A stretch of DNA of 34,904 nucleotides from a virus. The translations under genes and the position numbers were made by a program. The notes under the pieces were generated by a model, which did not search any database, was not told the origin of the DNA, and worked only from the letters and a program-made list of their open reading frames with translations. The stretch spans positions 1 to 34,904 of IMG/VR virus record IMGVR_UViG_3300006117_000005; one strand, 5' to 3'. Shown piece by piece: positions 29,333 to 34,904 of the stretch (positions are counted from its first letter, which is position 1; every line of letters begins with the position of its first letter).

Positions 29333-30262
29333 ATGAATGCACCGGTAAAAGCAGAGAATCAAATTGCCGAACACGACCCAAAGTCCATCAAGGCTTATGT
29401 GTCAGATGCAAAAATCCGCCAAAAATTTGAAGAAGTTCTTGGTAAAAAAACTCAAGGCTTCCTGGCTTCGGTGATGCAGGTGGCGAACCAGCCACAACTT
29501 AAAGGCGCAGTACCAGCAACTGTAATTAATGCAGCCATGATGGCGGCTACGCTTGATCTGCCAATTAACAATAACCTTGGCTTTGCATACATCGTGCCTT
29601 ATAAGCGCAAGTTCAAAGATGCTCAAGGCAAGTGGTCTGAGTCTTTAGAAGCTCAATTCCAGATGGGATACAAAGGCTTTATTCAGTTGGCACAGCGTTC
29701 AGGTCAGTTTGCACGTATTGCAGCAACACCAGTATTTGAAGGTCAATTGATTTCAGCAAATCCCCTGCTTGGCTATGAGTTCGACTGGACTATTCCAAAT
29801 CAAGGTGAAGCTATTGGCTATGTGGCCTTCTTTAAGCTACTGAATGGCTTTACTGCTGAGCTTTACATGAGCACTGCTGATGTGAAAAAGCATGCGGGCA
29901 AATACAGCCAGTCATTCAAATATGGTTCTGGTGTCTGGAAAGATAATTTTGAATCCATGGCTCTTAAGACTGTGACTAAGCTCTTGCTATCAAAACAGGC
30001 CCCACTTTCAATTGAAATGCAGACAGCACAGCTGGCGGATCAGGCAATTGTTCGTGATGTGGAGACCAATGACTTTGATTACATTGATCATAACGAGTCG
30101 GTAGGATCAATTGAGGCACCAGAAACAACCCTTGATCAACAAGAGTTCCAGCAACTTATAACCTCTATTCAGTCTGGTGACCTGGATAAAGCGTTTGTTC
30201 TCTCAGGTGAGGCTGGCTACGTGTTAAGTGAAACACAAAAAGCAGAACTAGCAGGGGTTTGA
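29333..30262 (+). CDS. recT: RecT-family single-strand annealing protein
   Basis: 309 aa. LGFAYIVPYK...QFQMGYKGFIQLAQRSGQF..A..VFEGQ is the RecT core pattern. GGAG RBS. Confidence 0.8.
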   Translation: MNAPVKAENQIAEHDPKSIKAYVSDAKIRQKFEEVLGKKTQGFLASVMQVANQPQLKGAVPATVINAAMMAATLDLPINNNLGFAYIVPYKRKFKDAQGKWSESLEAQFQMGYKGFIQLAQRSGQFARIAATPVFEGQLISANPLLGYEFDWTIPNQGEAIGYVAFFKLLNGFTAELYMSTADVKKHAGKYSQSFKYGSGVWKDNFESMALKTVTKLLLSKQAPLSIEMQTAQLADQAIVRDVETNDFDYIDHNESVGSIEAPETTLDQQEFQQLITSIQSGDLDKAFVLSGEAGYVLSETQKAELAGV

Positions 30263-30263
30263 T

Positions 30264-31010
30264 ATGAAAGTACATCCTCATGCGCTGCATGAAATCATGG
30301 GTGAGCCAAAGCAGGTAGATCCTGCTCTGGTTACTCCAGAAATAGAAGCAATATTGCGTAAAACTAAGCGCACTGATGAAGAAAAGGCCTTAATTAAGCA
30401 TCTTAAAGAACACACATTATCTGAAGGTGCTAAGTCAGCTATAGAGCGCTGGGTAAAAAAAGATATTTATGGCTTTTGTGACTTTCAAGGCAACAAGTAC
30501 ACCGAAAAAGGGCTAACGCTTGAAGATAGCGCAATACGCGCTGTACAGATTCAAAACTTCATTGGCATGCAAAAGAACGAGAAAACGTTCAGCAATGAAT
30601 ATCTGGAAGGCACACCTGACATATTAGTTTGGAATAAGGGTTATGGCCGCGACACAAAGTGTTCATGGTCGGGTATACAACATCCCTTTTTTGAGCGTGA
30701 AGCAGTGAAGAAAGTCAGAGATAACGGTTATGACTATCAAATGCATGGCTATATGAATCTGACAAAGCTTAAGCGTTGGGCGGTGGATTTTGTACTACTT
30801 CCTACCCCTGACCACTTAATTTTTGGTGAGGATCAAAGAGAGCAACAAGTTACTTTGATCAATCAAATACCGCTTAAAGAAAGGATTACAACCATCTGGA
30901 TTGAATACGATGAAGAAGTCCAGCGGCTAATCAAAATCAAATGTTCACTCGCTCAAGTGTATGCACAGTCACTAAGAGCAGAGTTGGGTAAAGGCCTAAA
31001 AGTCGCATAA
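30264..31010 (+). CDS. PD-(D/E)XK nuclease, likely the exonuclease partner of RecT
   Basis: 248 aa with EGTPDILV..GRDTKCS (D..D-x-K) directly after recT. Confidence 0.55.
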   Translation: MKVHPHALHEIMGEPKQVDPALVTPEIEAILRKTKRTDEEKALIKHLKEHTLSEGAKSAIERWVKKDIYGFCDFQGNKYTEKGLTLEDSAIRAVQIQNFIGMQKNEKTFSNEYLEGTPDILVWNKGYGRDTKCSWSGIQHPFFEREAVKKVRDNGYDYQMHGYMNLTKLKRWAVDFVLLPTPDHLIFGEDQREQQVTLINQIPLKERITTIWIEYDEEVQRLIKIKCSLAQVYAQSLRAELGKGLKVA

Positions 31011-31086
31011 ACCTACTTTAATAAAAAAGTAGACCGGATTTTTAGCACAGTTATTTATTTTAATAAAAGATTATTGAGGCAGCAAA

Positions 31087-31383
31087 ATGAAAATGAACGC
31101 ACCAATTAAAATGGAAATGAAGGTTTATGCGGTTGAAGAGGAATCTGGCCAGCAAGCGATACTCACAATGTCACTTCCTCTTGGTCAGTACCCTACCCGA
31201 ACTACGCTAGAAACAATATTCAAGCAGGCTCAGGACGCTCTTCCAGATGGCTTTCGTGTGATGGATAAGTCAGAGTTTTTCAACGCTTATCTTCAAGAAG
31301 AGTATGGAGCAACTGAAAAATTCGCTACTCCAGGCCCTTGTGATTTTACTGACGAAGTAATTGAAATGCAGGAGGAAGCGTGA
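31087..31383 (+). CDS. Hypothetical acidic protein
   Basis: 98 aa with a GAGG RBS. Confidence 0.6.
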   Translation: MKMNAPIKMEMKVYAVEEESGQQAILTMSLPLGQYPTRTTLETIFKQAQDALPDGFRVMDKSEFFNAYLQEEYGATEKFATPGPCDFTDEVIEMQEEA

Positions 31384-31715
31384 TGGATATTCAGAGAGAA
31401 AGAGAAGTGTTTGAAAAGTTGCCTGAGATAGCTAGGCATATAAATAAGTTTTTCTTCCAAGATGATCTTAATTGCTACCGCAACAAGATTAAGTCTAGTG
31501 ATATTCATTTGGTCACTTGGGTAAATGGCGCTTGGTACTCATGGCAAGCCAAAGCCCTAGCGGTGCCGGAAGGATATGTTCTTATGCCGAAAGAGCCAAC
31601 GCAAAATATATACCGCACTTTTTATGGTGCCTTTAATTCGGCTGATGCAGGTAATACAGCGCAAAACTTCAAGGTTGCATATAAAGCCATGATCGAAGCA
31701 CAGGAGTCCACATGA
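31383..31715 (+). CDS. Hypothetical protein
   Basis: 110 aa from the ATG, overlapping the upstream TGA. Confidence 0.6.
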   Translation: MDIQREREVFEKLPEIARHINKFFFQDDLNCYRNKIKSSDIHLVTWVNGAWYSWQAKALAVPEGYVLMPKEPTQNIYRTFYGAFNSADAGNTAQNFKVAYKAMIEAQEST

Positions 31716-31807
31716 AAAAACATCACATGGAGCACCTCGAATATCTGTTTTTGGGTTGGCTGTTGTTAGGGCTGATTGGGTTTGGTCTGGCTGCGATGGG
31801 GTTTTGA
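31712..31807 (+). CDS. 31-aa single-TM micro-protein
   Basis: MKKHHMEHLEYLFLGWLLLGLIGFGLAAMGF. CAGGAG lies 5 nt upstream, with an ATGA overlap. Confidence 0.5.
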   Translation: MKKHHMEHLEYLFLGWLLLGLIGFGLAAMGF

Positions 31808-31808
31808 G

Positions 31809-31997
31809 ATGGGAAATAAAATGAGTAATCCGTATATCGAAGCAAACATTGAATTTGCCGAGCGTCTTGTAGAAAGTCTTGCCCCTCGCGTTACGAATGG
31901 CACAGGTTCGCAGCTAACTTTAACGGCTGGTGAAGTGGGCGCGCTATATCACATTGCGCAGAATTTTCTGTTTGAAATGCAGGAGGATGAAGCGTGA
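31809..31997 (+). CDS. Hypothetical protein
   Basis: 62 aa from MGNKMSNPY. The track's upstream start would overlap the TM micro-ORF. Confidence 0.55.
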   Translation: MGNKMSNPYIEANIEFAERLVESLAPRVTNGTGSQLTLTAGEVGALYHIAQNFLFEMQEDEA

Positions 31998-32052
31998 TAT
32001 TAAAAGACAGTGATTTGCCTGAAACCGTGGTCATCAGTTTGGGAGAGGTGGT

Positions 32053-32415
32053 ATGAATCTGATTGAACAGTTGGGCGGGTATGAACGGGCTAAGGATGCA
32101 CTAGAGCTACCACTGAATTATGGTTTTTCTGATGGCGACATTAAGGCTGCCCTTCTCGAATACCGCCGCCAGCACAATATTTTTGAGATAGATGATTTAA
32201 TAACTCATCCCTTATATGACCGGAAGATATTAAAAGTCCATGACCCAATAAGAGGTGAGAATTTACTGTTTGCCAAAACCAATGACCACGTAAAACACCA
32301 TTGGGGTCATGGATTGGTATTTGATGATAGGCATGTAGTTGCTGTTTCTTATTCTGAGTGCAGACACGCCACCGATGCAGAAATCGAAGCGGGTAAAAGA
32401 TTGGAGGTGGTTTGA
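32053..32415 (+). CDS. Hypothetical protein
   Basis: 120 aa with a GGAGAGG RBS. Confidence 0.6.
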   Translation: MNLIEQLGGYERAKDALELPLNYGFSDGDIKAALLEYRRQHNIFEIDDLITHPLYDRKILKVHDPIRGENLLFAKTNDHVKHHWGHGLVFDDRHVVAVSYSECRHATDAEIEAGKRLEVV

Positions 32416-32636
32416 TGGGTATTGCATTTGATCTGACATATACCGAGCGCCGAATCTCAACAAGCGAGTTTGCTCTCCGTATGAATATATCCGAGAAAGA
32501 ACTTTATGCTCGGATTAACGATGGGCGTATACAGCAACCTTATAAAGATGGCCGAAAAAACTACTGGCTAAACAGCTATGTTTTGGAGTGTATTCTAAAA
32601 ACAGAAGGTGGTAATATAGGTTCGCTAAATGCATAA
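32415..32636 (+). CDS. xis: Excisionase-like / AlpA-type HTH protein
   Basis: 73 aa with ISTSEFALRMNISEKELYARINDGRIQQPYKDGRKNYW. It is the last gene before the attP-like region and int. Confidence 0.5.
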   Translation: MGIAFDLTYTERRISTSEFALRMNISEKELYARINDGRIQQPYKDGRKNYWLNSYVLECILKTEGGNIGSLNA

Positions 32637-32654
32637 AATAAGAAAAAAGAAACT

Positions 32655-32678
32655 GGTCGCATTTAGCGGCCTTTTTTT
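32655..32678 (+). terminator. Terminator of the early-left operon
   Basis: GGTCGC-ATTTA-GCGGCC followed by T7. Confidence 0.75.
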
Positions 32679-32679
32679 C

Positions 32680-32957
32680 ACAACAAAATTAATTGTGAGT
32701 AAGATAGTGAGTAAGAAGGTAATCTCTACAATAATTATTATTTAAATACACCTACTTACATGCACGATGTTGAATTGCATCCATACACAACATTCATATT
32801 ACCTTGTATTACCTTATCTTTATTTTTGTTTTATCTTACTGATTTTTCAATACTATTATTCTTACTGTGCCTAACCTTTTCTTGAATGACATTACTTTTA
32901 TTTGTGAGTAATATTGTGAGTAAGGGCTTTTAATTCATTACGGACGTTACTCACACC
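32680..32957. other. attP-like region: AT-rich with clustered arm-type repeats
   Basis: GTGAGTAA(G/T) occurs at 32695-32703, 32707-32715, 32904-32912 and 32916-32924, and inverted at 32947-32954. ATTACCTT occurs twice (32798-32805, 32808-32815) and inverted as AAGGTAAT at 32716-32723. Confidence 0.55.
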
Positions 32958-34175
32958 ATGTTAAACGACTTAAAAATCAAGCAGTTAAAACCTAAAGAAA
33001 AAACCTATAGAGTTGCTGACCACTCTGGTTTATGTGTGGAAGTACGTCCAACAGGTAAAAAGTTCTGGCGCTTTCGTTATCGCTTCCTCAATAAACCGCA
33101 AATGCTGACCATTGGGCAGTATCCAGAAATCAGTCTGTCCTATGCCCGAACTAAAACTAATGAGTTCCGGGAGCAACTTGCTAAAAATATTGACCCTGCT
33201 GCAGTTAAGAAAAATGAAAGATTAGAAGCCTTGCAAGCCCAGGAAGAAACTTTTAGATCCATTGCAAAAGAATTCTGTGAACATAAGAAAAACTCGAAGT
33301 CGGAAAACTGGCTGTATATTCGACAGCTATCATACGAAGTAGATATTTTCCCAGTCATCGGAGATAAGCCTATTAAGGATGTTACCTCTGTTGATGTTAA
33401 AAACATTATGGACAATGCGGTCAAACGAGTATTGAAGTCTGGGAAAGGCACTGGTGAGAATAAAGCCATTCTGGTGCGACAAAATATTGCCGAAGTCATG
33501 CAATATGCAATTATTTCGGACAGGCTAACCAACGACCCTACTTATGCATTACGCGGCTACATTCATGCACCTGAAACCGAGAATGCTCAGCCCATCAGCT
33601 CTCATGACCGTAAAAAGATTATGCCAAGCATCAGCAAGTATGACGGTTCAATTAGTACCAGAAATGCACTTAAAGCACTTATCTATACAATGTTGAGAAC
33701 AATTGAAATTCGCAGAGGCTTAAAGTCATATATTGATTTTGATGCTCGCACCTGGACTATTCCGATTGCAACCAGATCAGAAATTTTGGCAGGCAAGCGC
33801 AACATGAAAAAGAACCGAATCCATATTGTGCCTTTATCTGATCAGGTAATAGAGATACTAAAAGTCCAATTTGCTGCCTACCCTGATAGTCCCTATATTT
33901 TCCCCGGGGTAAAAAATGAATCTATGATCGGACCTACAACACTAAATCAGGCATTTCGCAATATGGGATTAGGCCATATCACTATGCATGACTTTAGGGC
34001 CACAGCGTCTACCGATCTAAATGAAGCGAACTACAATTCAAACTGGATTGAGCTGCAGCTTGCTCATGTTAAAGGTGATAAGGTCAAGGCTACATATGAC
34101 CACGCTAAATGGCTGAGTGACCGCCGGAAAATGATGCAAGACTGGGCTGACATGGTCGATGGTTGGGCGAAATAA
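32958..34175 (+). CDS. int: Tyrosine integrase, P4-type (N-terminal DUF4102-like arm-binding domain)
   Basis: 405 aa. LKPKEKTYRVADHSGLCVEVRPTGKKFWRFRYRF N-terminus. The C-terminal MHDFRATAST..LAHV..Y catalytic pattern (R..HxxR..Y) is present. Confidence 0.9.
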   Translation: MLNDLKIKQLKPKEKTYRVADHSGLCVEVRPTGKKFWRFRYRFLNKPQMLTIGQYPEISLSYARTKTNEFREQLAKNIDPAAVKKNERLEALQAQEETFRSIAKEFCEHKKNSKSENWLYIRQLSYEVDIFPVIGDKPIKDVTSVDVKNIMDNAVKRVLKSGKGTGENKAILVRQNIAEVMQYAIISDRLTNDPTYALRGYIHAPETENAQPISSHDRKKIMPSISKYDGSISTRNALKALIYTMLRTIEIRRGLKSYIDFDARTWTIPIATRSEILAGKRNMKKNRIHIVPLSDQVIEILKVQFAAYPDSPYIFPGVKNESMIGPTTLNQAFRNMGLGHITMHDFRATASTDLNEANYNSNWIELQLAHVKGDKVKATYDHAKWLSDRRKMMQDWADMVDGWAK

Positions 34176-34321
34176 TGAAACCCTGGGAACAATTCTACAT
34201 CGAGCAAATGATCAAACGGGCCAAGCCATACAATAAAAGTCCGGGATGGGCGTTACGGTATAATCCGTGGTTTTCAGAACAAGAGCAGCTGGAGTTTTAT
34301 GAAGTTGGTGGGGTTTGTTGA
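34175..34321 (+). CDS. 48-aa ORF translationally coupled to int (TAATG)
   Basis: MKPWEQFYIEQMIKRAKPYNKSPGWALRYNPWFSEQEQLEFYEVGGVC. No independent RBS. Confidence 0.3.
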   Translation: MKPWEQFYIEQMIKRAKPYNKSPGWALRYNPWFSEQEQLEFYEVGGVC

Positions 34322-34336
34322 TCACTGCGCTAAACA

Positions 34337-34388
34337 CTGCACGCACACTGTCACGCTAACATGATTAGAGATTGAGTGTGCTGTGCAG
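34337..34388. repeat. 13-bp inverted repeat (one bulge) with a 25-nt loop, between the convergent int and lysis operons
   Basis: CTGCACGCACACT (34337-34349) pairs with AGTGTGCTGTGCAG (34375-34388). There is no U-tract on either strand. Confidence 0.6.
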
Positions 34389-34415
34389 GCGGAGAGAACC
34401 GCACAAAGCAGAATA

Positions 34416-34904
34416 CTAATTATCCTTAGCTGCATAAACCAGATTATCTGCCACACGCCGAACCCACCCCTTACCGAAAGTTTTAAATGTGGATAAATCT
34501 GTGTAGAACTTTAGACGTTCCGCAGTCAAAGTAAGTAGCACATCATTTAGATCCATAGCGTTTACTGCAGCAATTGTTTTGGGCCCAATGATGCCATCAG
34601 CCGGAACCCCTGCGACTTGTTGCAGTTCTTTAATAGCTCGGCTTTTCCCGGCATTTACCGCAAAATCCCACAGCTGGAAAACAATAGCTGAATGCAGTTG
34701 CTCGGCACCTAATTTTTCCCACCAGTCGCGTCGGTAAATTTCCTTCGCTTCAGCCAGAGTCAGATTCTTAATATCGATATGTGGATAAGTGTTAGCAGCG
34801 ATACCATACTTAGTGCCCTTTAACTGGCCCTTACCTACCACGCCACCAGTCCAGTTACCCGGGTCACTTCGTAAATTGGTATAACCTGCTTCATGTCCAA
34901 TCAG
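34416..34904 (-). CDS. Endolysin, 3' part (GH108-like catalytic domain end plus PG_binding_3-like domain); continues upstream through the junction to the ATG at 379
   Basis: The frame stays open to the window end. The track's M at 34841 is an internal GTG. WWEKLGAEQL, FDFAVNAG and LQQVAGVPADGIIGPKTIAAVNA are present. Confidence 0.8.
   Translation of the reverse strand: MIGHEAGYTNLRSDPGNWTGGVVGKGQLKGTKYGIAANTYPHIDIKNLTLAEAKEIYRRDWWEKLGAEQLHSAIVFQLWDFAVNAGKSRAIKELQQVAGVPADGIIGPKTIAAVNAMDLNDVLLTLTAERLKFYTDLSTFKTFGKGWVRRVADNLVYAAKDN
34805..34904. repeat. Right copy of the 100-bp terminal duplication
   Basis: Identical to 1-100 and lies inside the endolysin reading frame. Confidence 0.95.

Larger units (their letters stand above)
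1..34804. mobile_element. Complete circular temperate phage genome with a P22-like short-tailed morphogenesis module and a lambdoid regulatory layout; unit length 34,804 bp
   Basis: 1-100 equals 34805-34904 exactly. There are single copies of int/xis/attP-like region, cI/cro switch, replication, Q, terminase, portal, scaffold, coat, adaptors, ejection proteins, fibre/spike and lysis genes. Confidence 0.85.

Noticed and set aside
31994-32056. 20-codon GTG-initiated ORF (VILKDSDLPETVVISLGEVV) bridging 31997 and 32053 with GTGA/ATGA overlaps.
   Set aside because: It is too short and featureless, has a non-ATG start, and has no RBS beyond that of the following gene. Chance cannot be excluded.
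32724-32900. Search for a tRNA 3'-end fragment as the attP core, expected for P4-type integrases.
   Set aside because: The whole interval is AT-rich with no GGTTCGAATCC-like T-loop or CCA-proximal GC-rich stem, so no tRNA-derived core could be supported.
656-33532. Many ORF-track entries lie antisense to, or nested in another frame of, the long well-supported genes: 656..847, 3684..3905, 4571..4804, 4635..4904, 6618..6866, 6776..6967, 9370..9576, 10476..10676, 11023..11226, 11689..11910, 12100..12294, 13308..13526, 13406..13786, 14055..14297, 14776..15360, 15820..16131, 16100..16390, 16940..17146, 17166..17450, 17908..18102, 17959..18198, 18296..18478, 19220..19441, 21292..21618, 21452..21913, 22163..22429, 22869..23183, 23340..23603, 23720..23956, 23813..24037, 24455..24679, 24908..25114, 24949..25218, 24960..25172, 25342..25626, 25437..25631, 25735..26109, 26241..26474, 26650..26865, 26769..27110, 27296..27487, 29402..29626, 31293..31508, 32263..32463, 33140..33532.
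   Set aside because: They are fully embedded in genes with recognisable products or tight operon packing. They lack RBSs, and their translations are Cys/Ser/Arg/Leu-rich or low-complexity with no recognisable motifs. They are typical shadow ORFs.

Overview
The window is a complete, circularly closed temperate phage genome. Positions 1-100 are repeated exactly at 34805-34904, giving a unit length of 34,804 bp. One gene, the endolysin, is only complete when the two ends are joined.

Layout:
- A minus-strand block (393..27123) runs in transcription order: cro-like, cII-position gene, small ORF, O-like initiator with internal ori iterons, DnaB helicase, a nin-like block of small genes, Q-like antiterminator, a ~1.1 kb terminator-rich late leader with micro-ORFs, TerS, TerL, portal, scaffold, P22-type coat, gp4-like and gp10-like adaptors, GNAT-like protein, three ejection/internal proteins (the last has a lambda-R-type transglycosylase domain), tail fibre, beta-helix tailspike, an AT-rich island, and the lysis genes.
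- A plus-strand block (27219..34321) runs: cI-like S24 repressor, terminator, operator-controlled early-left promoter, lipoprotein, small unknown genes, RecT plus a PD-(D/E)XK nuclease, more small genes, Xis-like HTH, an AT-rich attP-like region with arm-type repeats, and a P4-type tyrosine integrase.

I saw no tRNA, rRNA, CRISPR array, transposase or reverse transcriptase.

Most interesting items:
- A type-I-toxin-like 20-aa hydrophobic ORF lies on the opposite strand inside the late leader, with a perfect antisense TATAAT promoter.
- A family of strand-specific terminators punctuates a Q-dependent late operon.
- The GH108 endolysin is membrane-anchored and is split by the window edge.
- A plus-strand membrane-protein moron sits at a sieA-like position.
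- A decayed AT-rich island follows the tailspike.
- There is an oop-like antisense RNA candidate.
- attP lies between xis and int.

All family assignments come from motif recognition by eye and from memory. No database search was run.
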